This document shows positions 24,701-36,830 of a DNA stretch of 64,000 bases, piece after piece. The stretch comes from Selaginella moellendorffii (lineage: Eukaryota > Plantae > Lycopodiophyta): NCBI RefSeq assembly GCF_000143415.4, contig NW_003314306.1, positions 463,698 to 527,697 of the forward strand. Reading direction: 5' to 3'. Made by a program: the position numbers and the translations under genes. Below the pieces are notes generated by a model. It ran no database searches. It was not told the origin of the DNA and worked only from the letters and a program-made list of their open reading frames with translations. Each line of letters starts with the position of its first letter. Position 1 is the stretch's first letter.

Positions 24701-26101
24701 ACTTTCTCCACTTTCTGCTACATTCTCGCGCTTGGCTTCCGTTGTCTCTGGAGCAGTAGCTACATGGTCTTCAGGCTCGTCAACATTTCCTTCCACTGTC
24801 CCTCCGGTTTCGATGTTCTGTGGTACTTTTTCGTCCGCAGCAGCAGCCTTGCCTTCAACTCCCACCGTCGAATCTACGGGAGCTTCATCCGAAGGTAATG
24901 ATTCGGGTACTTCCTTCTCCTCTGATGGTTTATCTGTCAAGTCTTCTAACTCCGACCTGGCTTGAGGAACGTTTTCTTTGTCCATGACATCGGGTGAAAC
25001 GCCGCCACCTTGAAGAGCGGCTTCTTTGGCATCGATCTCCGCCGCTGGACTAAGTTGGTCGTCGATACCTCGATCACTGACGGCTTCCTTGTTTTCATCC
25101 GTAGTTTCGTGTTTTCTAGTATCCTGTCCAGTATCTTCAGTAGCTTTGGTGTCTTCTGTCATAACTGGCGAGTCATCAGACGTTGGAGCCTCAGGCGGAA
25201 CATCTTTCAGAGCCTCGGAGACAACAGCGGGAGAATCAATTGCCATCGCTTCAGATAGTGGACTTTGATCGTGTTTGGGATCATTGCTTGAATCATCGGT
25301 GCTCAAGGGCGCGTCAGCCGCTGGAACTTTAGAAAAGCTCTCCGGGGGAAGTACCACTTGTTGGGGTAAATCATGAAAGACTTCCTGACCTTGAGGACTT
25401 TCGGGTTCCTGGAAACTCTAAACAGCTCAAGAAAAGGCATGCGATATTGGAGAACATCATCTTACCGCTTCAACTCTAGACATTCCAACTGGAGACTCCT
25501 CAGCTTTTCCAGGAATCTCACGCTGTTGGGTGATATGGTCAGCAATTAATACTTCGCAGCTCTATGGACAAGAGTACCTCTTTATTGATATCGTTCTCAG
25601 GCTTATAGAAATCCTCCACGACGGTCTTGAGTCCTCCCAGATATCTTGCTGCACGAGAAAATCCCAGTAGAGTTGGATAAGATCAAACAAGAAACTCGGT
25701 TGTTTACCTTTACCTTCACTGCTACTCTCTCCATTGGAAGACAAGGGAAGTGAAGATCTCTCTGACGAATCTGGCGATCGACGAGATGGACTCGACTTCA
25801 CAGGCATCGAAAACCCGTCTAGTTGCTGGACAAGATCATGAAAAACCTCCTCCTCTTGGCCCTCCTCTTCGTGCTCATCCATTCCTTTGATTTCCTCCTT
25901 CTGGATGGTCTCAAAGTCATCTTTTGGTTCGTCGTGGATTAACTTCTTGCCAGTCTCCTGCAAGATCAGATCCAAAACAAATGAGAAATCCAGACCACCA
26001 CGATAGATCGAAGTTACTTTGATCTTTGTGGCGACTTTGGAGGCCGCCTTGGACGTTCTGTGGTGGCCGTCATCCTTCTCTTTGCGTTGAGCGTTTCCCA
26101 T
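18713..26101 (-). CDS. Giant acidic Glu/Pro-rich repeat protein B, ~2,380 aa, N-terminus MGNAQRK
   Basis: Four short 5' exons (26101-26018, 25957-25708, ~25649-25578, ~25523-25467) splice into a ~6.7 kb last exon. That exon has many EEPAEVE and ADEPVVDQPAS..EPVEVPEQ repeats. Confidence 0.85.
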
Positions 26102-27023
26102 GATGAATCAGAAGAACACACAACTATGTAAAACAATGATAGTAGAAATCTCTCGCTGCTCCTCCGTGCAAGGGGCTTGCTTCGTGCAAGCTTCTAAGAA
26201 AAACCGGAGCAAGGGAACAAAAACGCGAATGAAATCCAAGCTTGCGATCAAAAAACAGTGCAAGTATGAATCACGGTCTCTAAAATCCCTGTCGAGAAAG
26301 AGGAAAAGAATCTATATACACGAGCACGCACACCGATCTCTACGAAACCAGCAAAATTTACACAAGAAAGCGCTGAATGCCGGATTCTAGCACGAAAAAA
26401 TCACTCCAGATTCACAAAATTACGCCAGCGCCAGGATCTAAGCCCCTCCCTCTCGCCACAACTTTCCTCTTCGATGGCGCCACGATAAACCCTACAGTGA
26501 AAAAACTGTGAAGGCCGGACCAATGCCAGCTATGAGCGGCGATCGTGGCCGTCCATCTGAGAACGATCCAGGCCGTTCACTGACATTGTAAAGAGAAAAT
26601 ATTCTTCCTTCCCCACAAGAATGACTTTCAAGGAGATCACGTAGTTGGCTTGGATCTTTTTAGAATTAAACAAAGTGATTATCCTAAAAATCGCTTTGCT
26701 GGAATGAGTAGAGAATAAAATTTATTCGATGGCCTTTGCTGGAAAGAAGCAATGCGAGAAAAAAAAACAATAGAAAGTCGGTCTCTAAAAAACAAGCTTT
26801 TCTTGTCTCTTTGCCTCCACAGTGCGTCAACGAAGAACTTCAAACCGGGAGAGATCTGGGAGCTCTACCTTTTGGAAGAACAATTTGGACGGAGAGAGAT
26901 CTCGCGGCGGATCAATAGAAACTTCAAAAACTTGAGTGTGTTCTTGGTGTGTCTCGCGGGAAACGAATCTCCGGCTCTTAAGACGTAACCATAGCCATTT
27001 TAGATAAGCACCTAGCGAAACAT

Positions 27024-28235
27024 TTAGTAAGCCATCCAGGGAAGAAACGCAAAGAGACTCTGAAGAATGGTTGGATGGTTTCCTCTTGTCAGTACCCACC
27101 TAAGCAACCCAGGCAAGGTAGTGAACACACCTGCATCACCGGGGACCTCGGAGATCCGCGACACGAGCCACGCCTTGGCGGTCGCGGTGTGCATCGGTAG
27201 CATGCTCACAATCTCCCGTCGCAAGAGTCTGCAATCAAAGAAGGGAAATGGTTTCAAGTTAGAGTGATCGTTCTCGTTTCATGGAAGAAAAACTTATACT
27301 CATTCCAAACTACACAATCGTTTGAGAAATCGTCAAACTTTGCAAGCGAGCACGTCAACAATCCTCCGAAAGAAACGCGATCTTCTTACGCACAACAACG
27401 AAAAAAAAAAGTGCAGCGTCCAAATAGAAAACTCACAGCGAAACATAGAAAGACATTTGGTAGGAAACTCATGTACCGTCTTCAGGAAAAAAAAAACCAA
27501 ACAAAGAAAAAAATAGATGAAAAACTCAAACCCAGCAAACAATAAGACCCCTTCCAAACTACGGAACTGTTTGAGAGATCATCAAATTTTGCACGTGAGC
27601 ACATCAGCAATCCTCGGAAAGAAGAGCTAAAAATTAGACCACCTTATGCACAGCAAAAGAAGGAAAATAAAAATAAAAATGCAGCTTCCAAATAGAACTC
27701 ACAACGAAAACATAAATATAAACAAAAGACCTTTCGAAAGAAACCCATGTATCGTCACACAACTCGAGCACACAAAGAAACGATGTAAAAACTTAACCCG
27801 GAAACAATAAGACCCAAAACAAAATGCTATAGTCAGTCCAATTGTTTGAGAGATCAAGATTTTGCAAGCAAGCACGCCGGAAAGAAGAGTTAAAAATTAG
27901 ATCTTCTTACTAAAGGAAAACAAATGCAAACAAAAAAAAGGAAAGAGATTTCCTTTCAGGAAGAAAAACACAACCCGAGCAAACAAAGAAAAAATAAACA
28001 GATCTTCGAACAACAATGAAAGAACTTAACCAGAGAACAATAAGAGCCACCCAAAACAAAGAAAAACATGCAAGAGGAAGCAAATTTACCCCGAAGAACG
28101 AACGCCGCCCAAGGGATTGCGCTGAGGCGCGCGGGCGCGAAAGAGCGGCGGCGCCTGAGGCCGGGCGGAGCGCGCAGCGGAGGCGGCATTGGCGAACGCC
28201 GCCCTCGCGAATCGTCCAGCACTTCTTGCAGCCAT
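27024..28235 (-). CDS. NFD6/NOXY2-like small organellar protein, copy 1
   Basis: Exon 1 MAARSAGRFARAAFANAA... (Ala/Arg-rich presequence). Exon 2 LLRREIVSMLPMHTATAKAWLVSRIS matches the family motif MLP(Y/L)H(T/S)ATA. The 3' end may splice further to 26827. Confidence 0.75.
27318..27910. repeat. ~250-275 bp degenerate tandem repeat (x3) in the NFD6-like intron
   Basis: GTTTGAGA(A/G)ATC..AA..TTTGCA.G..AGCAC recurs at ~27320, ~27569 and ~27844. Confidence 0.7.
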
Positions 28236-28433
28236 ATCCTCCCTCTCATGCAGGGTTTAGGGTTTGGGGGAGACCTGACAGAACATTCCCCCCCGTCACC
28301 GAATATGCCGTCAAGCCAAGCGGCAATAAGCAATTCCATCAATTTAATTAGCAGCAATGTTCTTCGTTCCTGATTCTTTTTTCTCGTTTTTCTTCGCGAT
28401 TTTTCCTTCTTTTTTTTGTGTGTTGTAGCCGAT

Positions 28434-29040
28434 TTAAGCACTACATTCTTCCACCTGGAACATCTTGAGGACCGTTCTAAACACTCCCGCGTCGACTGGA
28501 ATATCAGATATCCTCGACACCAGCCACGCTTTCGCGGTGGCGGAATGGAACGGGAGCATTGTGGAAACCTCTCGCCGCAGCCTGCATTAGCCAAGAAAAA
28601 AAAAATCCTTGTGTGAGAGTTGCGATTCGATGACCATAAACAAGATTTATCAAACAATGCATGCAACGCTGCGCTGATAGAAAAATCGACCAAAACACGA
28701 ACCAAGCATGAAGAAAACCAAACGATTCAGGAAAAACGAGACCACTAATCAACTAACGAAACAAGCTTACCATTGCCGCAAGATGAGAGAGAACAAGAGC
28801 AACAAGAATTCACAGAAGAAAAGAAACCAAAAAATGCAGCATTGAGACCTCATCCAAATGCGGGAAAGGAGAAATTTCACCCTGGATTGGAACTTACACT
28901 GGCGAATTCATTCGATTGGCGAGGCTGCCCCGCCTGGGAGCGGCGAATCCCAATGGCGGAGGCGGCCGCGGGCCGGCGGCGGGCCGGCGCTGCGCCGCAT
29001 TGAAGAAAGCCCTCCTCGCGAAGCCCGTCCTTGCTGCCAT
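28434..29040 (-). CDS. NFD6/NOXY2-like small organellar protein, copy 2
   Basis: Exon 1 MAARTGFARRAFFNAA...; exon 2 LRREVSTMLPFHSATAKAWLVSRISDIPVDAG...CSA*. Telobox TAGGGTTT lies just upstream. Confidence 0.75.
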
Positions 29041-29375
29041 ACACCCAAACCATTAGGGTTTAGGGTTTGAGCCACAAGGAACATTCGAAAGAATATCCAC
29101 CGCGAGGAATATACCCATAGGAAAAGAATATTCGATAGCGCAAATTCTTTGCGTCTTTGTTTCTTTGGTTCAAGAACAATAACTTTGCAGAAAGATTTCA
29201 TGGCGGCGATTTTTTCTTCACTCGTTTCTCAGCGATTTCTTCTTTCTTGTGTCGAGTTCGTTCTTGCTCCCGTAGTGATGGGACGTGGAATTTGGACACG
29301 CTGCAGCACTCTGTCTGAAGACCACAGTTAAAACACGCTTTCTTTCCCGGGGGGCGGAAAAAAAATATGAAATCC

Positions 29376-30174
29376 TCAAGAACATGCAAGCCAGGCAAAC
29401 CTGCTTTGGAGGAACTCTGCTGCAAAACTTTTTTTTTTTTCAGAGTCTATGGTGAGCACAGTTTCGTACACACCTGCGTCGACAAGTATCTCCGAAATCC
29501 TCGAAACAAGCCACGCGTTTGCCGTCACCGAGTGCATCGGCTGCATTGTCAGCACCTCGCGGCGCAACCTGGAGACATACCCGCAAAAACAAAGTTTTTC
29601 AGTCCACTTTCCCCGTCAATGTTATCTACAATGACGGGAGAGCTTCAGTGCTGCTTAGCTAAGCCTCCAAAACCCAAAAACAATGGCGGCGTGTCCATCG
29701 CAGAGTGACACTCCTCAGGAAAGGATGCCACCGAGACAAAGAATAAAATCATCACAGCAAACTCTGGATTCTAGAACACCAAGTAGAACTAAACTTGTGC
29801 AAAATCATTCCAGCACAAGCAACGCCATAATTCACCCCCAAAAAGGAAAGCCACCGAGACAAAGAACAAAATCATGCACTGTGACATGCGAAAAGACCAT
29901 TCTTCGTACTTGTGCTGCAAAATCCCTATCTAGAACAATGCAGCACCAGAAATGCGACAATTCCAGCAAGAAAGACGCCTTCCCTGCCATCTACTCTAGA
30001 ATCAATCCAAAGCGATTCTTACCCGGACGATTGCAAGCGAGCAATGCGCGCGCCGCTCCTGGAACTAGCGAATCCAAACCCCGGCTGCGGCTGCGCGGGC
30101 CTGGCCGCCGGCCGCGGCGCAGCGGCATTGAAGAATGCCCTGCGCGCAAAGCGCCCCGCGCTCCTGGCAGCCAT
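29376..30174 (-). CDS. NFD6/NOXY2-like small organellar protein, copy 3
   Basis: Exon 1 MAARSAGRFARRAFFNAA...; exon 2 LRREVLTMQPMHSVTANAWLVSRISEILVDAG. Telobox upstream; 3' end uncertain. Confidence 0.72.
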
Positions 30175-30259
30175 AATCCCTAGCTAGGGTTTAGGGCTTC
30201 TCCAGATGCTCTAGAATATCCTCCCGCCGGTTCCCGGTTCGAATATCTTTGTTCTGGCA

Positions 30260-30395
30260 GACGCGTGGCCCAATCCTCGGCATCGGACACGTGCCATGCT
30301 TGAAGATCGCCGACGGCCAACACGTGTCTTGTAAAGATCTTGAAGATATTTGGAACTTTCCACGTGTTTGCCCGGCAAATATCTCACACGTCACT
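30260..30395 (+). promoter_or_regulatory. ABRE/CE3-like cluster in the bidirectional region upstream of the DOG1-like gene
   Basis: ACGCGTGGC at 30261; CACGTG at 30288, 30321 (ACGTGTC) and 30361; CACGTC at 30387. Confidence 0.55.
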
Positions 30396-30826
30396 GAAAA
30401 GCGTGTATTAGTGCTTAATGGTTTTCAGCGTATAGAAGCGAGGCTTTAGGGCACCTGGCAACAAATCCTTGGCAGTGCGTTGAGCGCGATTGTAAGTTTG
30501 ATCATATTTCCTCCATTCTTGAGATGGTTTTTCTGCTATGAAATCTTCGATGGCTGCCTCGCATTTGGATCTCCTATGCTTTGGTTTGAATCGTGGTTTG
30601 AATCATCCACAGATCGCCATTCTATCGGTGTGTTTTCTTCCGGGATATTGGAACTCTAATGCTTGCATTCTCAAATATTTGTCGTATTTTTTCTTGTGGA
30701 TCATTGCTTGTTCTTTCGGATCATTGGCAAAAGAAGTACTGATTTGGAAGCAATGCAGAGAACTCCGGACTTTGGTGATCTCGATCGACTGAGTACAACT
30801 TTACTTCCTGGATTTGAGAAAAAAAA

Positions 30827-31839
30827 ATGGCGTCGGCGAGTAGCAGCAGTGGCGGTGCCTGGGACGAGCTCAAGATCCAGATGAAGGACCTCCGAGCTCT
30901 GCTCCACAGCTCCAGCTTGATCGAGAGGAGGATCAAATGCGAAGTGAAAAGGATCCTCAACACTACCATCTCCAACTACGAGGACCCTCACCGCTACGAA
31001 AACTCCAACACTGTTCTTGAAATACTTTCAGGTATGATTCGCTATAGATCTTTGCACTTTTCCTTTTTGAAAAAGAAAACGATAGAAAAACAAGAGCTAG
31101 ATTTTTTTGCCTGCTCTCTGGGATCTCATTCTCTTCTGTTTGAATGGTCTAGCTCCTTCTTGCCAGGTTCTCTGATGGGATCATTCACCATCACTCCCCA
31201 TACTGTATGAGTTCCGTATCTATACTGAGAGACACACTGTACAGGTCGAGGCATCTCACCGCTAGAGGCAGCGTTTATGTGGATGGGTGCTTGGAGGCCA
31301 TCAGCTGCGATCTCGCTGGTTTTCTCGGTCATGGGACTCAAGAACCAGGGCCTCAACTTGAACATCACCGATCCAGGAACTTTGGGGGGATCAGTCCCAG
31401 CTCTCAGCGAAGAACAGCTCTCCCAGCTCCAGACTTTCCGGGATCTTACGAGCCAAGCCGAGAAGGATCTCACGGAAGAACTCGCGACTGTCCAGGTGAG
31501 CTAAGCACTTCGGTTTTCCCTCAAGTGATCGTTTGATCTTTGCAGATGATGCTGGCGGATCAGGACGTGGTGACTGATCTCTTGAAGGACGACGAAGGAG
31601 AGGAGGGATCGTCGTCCAGCTCCTCCAAGCTCAAGGAGACGCTCCATTCTAAAATCTCTAGCCTTCGCGATGTTTTAAAGCGGGCCGACCAGCTTCGCAT
31701 CAAGACGCTGCTTGAGCTCCACTCTGTGCTGGCTCCCATCCAAGCAGCGCAATGTAGCATCGTCGCTTTTGAGGTCGCGTTTGCGATGCGCTCCTTAAAT
31801 TCAGCCACACCACCCACAACATCGTGTCCTCGCAAATGA
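30827..31839 (+). CDS. DOG1-domain protein (DOG1-like, no bZIP)
   Basis: Three exons (30827-31031, 31245-31495, 31545-31839) give ILSGRGISPLEAAFMWMGAWRPS...LSEEQLSQL...QAEKDLTEELATVQ...ADQLRIKTLLEL..VLAPIQAAQ. These are diagnostic DOG1 motifs. Confidence 0.88.
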
Positions 31840-34800
31840 TTCCCCAAAAACAGAATGACCAATGACCCCTGTCTGTGCAAATAATAAAGTGTATTTAGGT
31901 CATTGTTAGTTTTAATCTGTTATCATGTAATAGAAAATCTATACAGGGTAATTTAAATTTATAGTGGGAGAGCTCCTTGCATAATTCTTGAAGAGAATTT
32001 CTATGCAAGAATGTAAGAACTTAAAAGAGTTTCATGGACAGGGATATGCTCTTTGATCTTGTGCACAACACTTGAAAGGAGAACTCACATACCTGGATGC
32101 TCACAGTAAATTTGTCTGTATCACACAGCTCCCTCTTGGTCAGGAGTTGTAACTAGGAATTCCTCCATAGAATGGACTTCCACTTCCTCTAGAGCTGAAG
32201 CTTTAAAGCAACATAGCCATTTCAGTTTATCAGGTAGAACCTTAAAGTTCATGGTTCGCTGTGTGACCTTTGGAGCTGGACTTGGACAGCCCTGCATTGC
32301 TTACAGTTGACTTAGCAAGCTTTAGAATGCAATGCTGCACTGTATCAGAAACAGATCCTCTCATCGGTCTAGATTCCCTCCCTGTGTAAATTTGGGGCAT
32401 CTCGACCAAGAGATCAAATGTGTCTACCAAATGTGTCCGATCAGCCCATGGTGAGCAGTAGACTGAAAGAGACGAATTCTCGGCGGGAGAGATTGCCATT
32501 AGGAAGGATGATGCCAAAGCTTTAATTAAATTGTTTTCGCGCGGAAGAACAGAAAAACATTGGAATATCTTGCAACGATCAACATTTCAAACTCCTTGGC
32601 TATAGTGCCTGCCCAACGCCCTGGAACTTCCTAGAAAGCATGGAGCTTTCTAGAATATAAGTCCAGGCCCTAGCCCCACCTCTCGCAATCGTTTCCCTTT
32701 TGCCAGTAGCTCTCATCACCACACTACTGGTTTAGCTTATGGGTGAGAGCTACATGGCTCATAGTTATGCTCTTGGGACTGATTGTGTGGCCGTTTTGTT
32801 GTCTTGCACAGGTGGTGAGTTTCGTGAATGCCACTGCCATCACCAACATCTCCAACGAACGTCGTGATGCGCACTGGGATCGGTCGTCAATGCTATATCA
32901 GATCAGTCTCTATCAGGAAAAGCATAGTGGAGCATATCGTCGCTAGGCAAGAAAATGGATGGACGCAGCTCCAGTGGATCTGAGGGCAATAGCGCTATTG
33001 CCCTCAGATTCACTGGAGCTGTTCACCTCGGTTTTCTTGCCTAGCGACCGATCCGATCAAGACTCTGATGTGACATTGGCGACCCATCCCGGTGCGCACC
33101 TCTCTGCTGTTTGCGAGCAACCAAAGCAGCAGCAACGTCCCAAGGGGCCACCAGCATGATGGAGATGTCGAGTGCCGCTTGTTCATCCTTTGCTTCATTT
33201 TGGAATAGAACTCCCCATTGAGATTTTTCTTCTGCTTTGGCTTTGATCTTGAAACTTCTGCACACTATGTAACTCGAGGAATGCGCGTTCAAGAATCGAC
33301 ACATTTCTATCTCATGATTCTCTTGTAGAACACTTCCATTCTGTAGCGCAGCTCGGAAGGATGCCAATAGCACAAAGAAAGAACACAAGAGGACACGAAC
33401 AGAGCTTTTCTGCCCGTCTTACAAGCAACAAGCTGGCGAAAACAGTGAGGTACTTCAAAACTCTAATGCTCAAGCTTTTCATGAGAGTTTTGTGATTATT
33501 TCAGTGAACAGGCTAACTCGCTACGCCATGGAGTTCATGACAGCCTCCTTCATGCGCTTCCCAAAACACTTGCTCGATATTCTTTCGAGTCATGCCACTC
33601 TCTTGAGCGATTCCAGAAGTTGAGACGTGAGGCTATGTTCGCCCCAGTCTCACATGTAAGATGTCTGAGGTGACGAATTCCTTTTGGCAAATTGCTTGTT
33701 CTTTAGAACTATGTTTTTTCTTTGGTTGATTGAGAAGAATGAGGGAACGAACCTAGGGACACGTGATCCGCATAGATTGGCGTGAACGTCGCCGGATCAT
33801 AGTTCATCCTCTTCTGTCTACAGCACTGAGTGACAAGGTGCCACAGATTCCTAACCACAGATTCGAAGTTGCTATTGCCACCATCTCCAGGTTCTCCGGG
33901 ACAGCAAACATCAGCACAGGCTTGCGCCTTTGCCGGGTTCCGGATGCATGCTCATTTGAGGAAGCTCAAATGGTGGTCGAATGAAGCCTTGACTCACATT
34001 GCGTTTCCTTCTATGTGATTTTTCTACACGTTTTTCATGTCCCCGCGACGAGACGCGACGCCCATGAACAGCCCCCCAGTTGCGTATTATGTTGTTCCCA
34101 TCCTTTTACCTTACCCTGTAAGTTCAGCCCCCAAAAATGCAGTGAAGGAAGCTGTCGTTGATTACCAGAAATTTGGACAAGCTATCGAAAATGCGGAAGA
34201 TTGCAGAGATGAGAAACGACGTGATGGGACGCCTTATACCTTGAAGATACTTCTCTTGCAATCTTCGTTTGCATATAGTGTTGTGATTCACAGCAGCGGA
34301 GGCGATTACTACGCCTCATCCGGCCCACTCTTTTTGGCAAAACTCTCAGGCGGAATGATCGCCTTTCTTCCTTCCAAACATTAGGCCACACTTGGCAATG
34401 ATCCCGTTCGTCCCACGTTTTGGGAGGCCAATGCGATGATCATCAGGACGCTGCGCCGCGGCATCCTGATGCATTGCGTACATTTGCATTAGAAAGTTTT
34501 AGAAAAAAAATGCTGCGCTGCGGCATCTCCGGAAACAGTTCGTGGCATGGAAACTGATCGCAGTTATACAAGAGATCATCGGCCAAATCCTCTCTGAGCC
34601 TATGATCAGCCCCCCCTATGCTCGAAGTTTTCTTAACTTGTTTTCGCGCGCGAATTATAGATGAGATCTGGGCCGTCCGTTTGAAGATCCCTTGGAATAT
34701 TTTGCAACGAATTCAAACTCCTCTTCTCGGCATTGGTTTCTTGTCGCTCCATTTTGCATTAATTCCCGCCCTTGTTAAGAGCCCAGGCCTTGTGCTCAAA

Positions 34801-34996
34801 ACGCGAGCATAGTTTCCCTTCAGCGCTCTCTCGTTTCACCGCACATACGGTAAACCACCGCAGCTAAGAGGAACCTCAATGGGGAATCCTTGAAGAAAAA
34901 GCAACACCTCGGCAAACATAGTGTCATTGTTGGATGAAACTGCTGAGCTTATTTCAAATATGCTAGAACCAAGTTCCAACTCCATTTGCCAGGGAG

Positions 34997-36703
34997 TCAT
35001 CGAGAGGCATCACGCCCAGCGTATAGGATTTCTTCGTTGTTCACGATATCATCAATCTCACTTCCGGTGAGATCGCCGAAAGTCCATCCATTTTCGACCA
35101 GCGGAGCATCTCCAAGAGTACCAGCCTTGTCTTTCTGGCTTGCTTCAACCATACCAAGCTTGGGCTCTTCTTTTCCAATTGCAGTCGCATTCGCTTCGCG
35201 AGCTCGGTTTCCAGTCGCAGTAGCATTGGCATCGCGAGCTCGGTTTCCAGCAGCAGTAACTCGTGATGGCGTTTCGCCACCCGCGATACTACGTCCGCTC
35301 GCAATCTCGATTTTCCCAGTATCAATACCGTTCACTACCATCGCGAAAGTTCTCACTCCGCCAACATTTGGAACAGTTGCCATCCCATCCGATCTGTTCT
35401 CCCCATTCGCAGCATGATCCTTTCCAGCAACTGGAGGAGCTTCCACCTTGCTGTTCTTCCCATTCGCAGTGTGATCCTCTCCAGCAACTGGAAAAGCTTC
35501 CACTTCACTGTTCTTCCGTTCTTTTCGAGCAACTGGAGGAGCTTCCACTTCACTGTTCTCTCCATTCGCAGTATGATCCTTTCCAGCAACTGGATGATCT
35601 TCCACTTTCCTGTTCTCGGTATGATCCTTTCCAGCAACTGGAGGAGCGTCCAGTTCCGCCAGTGGAGGAGCTACGACCACCTTCCCCAGAACCGGATAGA
35701 CTTGCGACTTAAACACCGTCTTCCTGATCGTGAACCCCGGCAACACCGAAAACGCCACGCTCCCCCCGATCGCCAGCCTCTCCTCATCATCCTCGACCTC
35801 CTCGAGATCATCCGCGGTGATCACGCTCTCCATGAACGCCGGCTCAATCTTCCTTCCACTCGCTACGCGCAGAATCCTCGCAGCTGGGTAGAACGAGAAG
35901 GCCAAGCGATGGAGCTTCCACACCGATAGCGCCACCTTCTCGAACTGCGATCCATGCTTTGCCTCGTCGAAGCCGGGGATCTTCCCCCGGAGCTCCTCCA
36001 TCTTGGCCACCGCAAAGACCTCCACTCGATACTCGGGACAAGCTTGGAACTCCTGGAAGTAGCGGCGGCGCAGCTTCTCCGGATCGAGGAACTCGGTGAA
36101 GCCGCCATCCAGGCCAAAGGTCTCAGCTTCGAAGCCCGCGAAGAACACGTCGCCCAGCGCTGCGCGGACGGCGATCTTGCGGTGGAGCGGCCGCGCAAAG
36201 ACGACCGAGGAAAGACCCGCCGCTAGAAACTGGGATGGAAGAATCGATGCGAGATTCTGGATCGCCTCGTTGGCCTGCGCTAGGGCCGCCTCGAAGAGCG
36301 TCGGCGTCGCGGACGAATCGGAGTAGGATCCCCCGAAAGATTGCTCCGAAATCTGGCGCTCCAGTCCGTCGATCTTGCGCTCTAGCTCGCTGGCCATGGA
36401 TAGCGCCCTCTCCGTGTTCTTCTTCTCGAGTTCCAAAGCCCTGGAGTTGGTCTCGCGGATGCGCTGGATTTGCCACTGTAATCGCCGATTCTGCTCGTGG
36501 ATTTCGCGAAGTTCTTGATCGAGCGAACAACATCGCTGATCCAGCAGCCCATTCCTCCGCTCGAGCTCCTTGCAGTGCTGATCCTGATCAAGGAGGCGCT
36601 GTTGGAGCGCGCCATTGACACTGACCTGGGATTCGAGATCATCCTCGAGCTTTCTCTTCTTCATCGCGAAGAGCGTCCCGAAGATCGAAGAGACGAACCA
36701 CAT
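34997..36703 (-). CDS. GIL1/IRK-interacting-protein-like protein with N-terminal coiled coil and repetitive C-terminal extension
   Basis: Intronless 568 aa. FEKVALSVWKLHRLAFSF...FMESV...VAFSVLPGFTIRKTVFKSQVY is the GIL1/IRKI C-terminal domain, followed by APPVAGKDHTANGENSEVE repeats. Confidence 0.8.
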   Translation of the reverse strand: MWFVSSIFGTLFAMKKRKLEDDLESQVSVNGALQQRLLDQDQHCKELERRNGLLDQRCCSLDQELREIHEQNRRLQWQIQRIRETNSRALELEKKNTERALSMASELERKIDGLERQISEQSFGGSYSDSSATPTLFEAALAQANEAIQNLASILPSQFLAAGLSSVVFARPLHRKIAVRAALGDVFFAGFEAETFGLDGGFTEFLDPEKLRRRYFQEFQACPEYRVEVFAVAKMEELRGKIPGFDEAKHGSQFEKVALSVWKLHRLAFSFYPAARILRVASGRKIEPAFMESVITADDLEEVEDDEERLAIGGSVAFSVLPGFTIRKTVFKSQVYPVLGKVVVAPPLAELDAPPVAGKDHTENRKVEDHPVAGKDHTANGENSEVEAPPVARKERKNSEVEAFPVAGEDHTANGKNSKVEAPPVAGKDHAANGENRSDGMATVPNVGGVRTFAMVVNGIDTGKIEIASGRSIAGGETPSRVTAAGNRARDANATATGNRAREANATAIGKEEPKLGMVEASQKDKAGTLGDAPLVENGWTFGDLTGSEIDDIVNNEEILYAGRDASR

Positions 36704-36830
36704 ACTAAAACTCTGGCGCTCTCTTCGCCCATCGCCGGCGCTTATAAAAGCGCTTCATATGAGCGTGATGTCACGTCCTAGTCTAAAAGCCCTCTAAACC
36801 CAAGAACCCTAAACCCTAGGTAGAGAGAAT

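Noticed and set aside
10823-25268. Dozens of Ser/Leu-rich + strand and alternate-frame ORFs over the giant genes
   Set aside because: They are antisense or frame shadows of GAA/GAG-rich repetitive coding sequence and have no independent signals.
28254-30195. TTTAGGG repeats as interstitial telomere
   Set aside because: Only 1-2 units occur, directly upstream of ATGs, so they are teloboxes.
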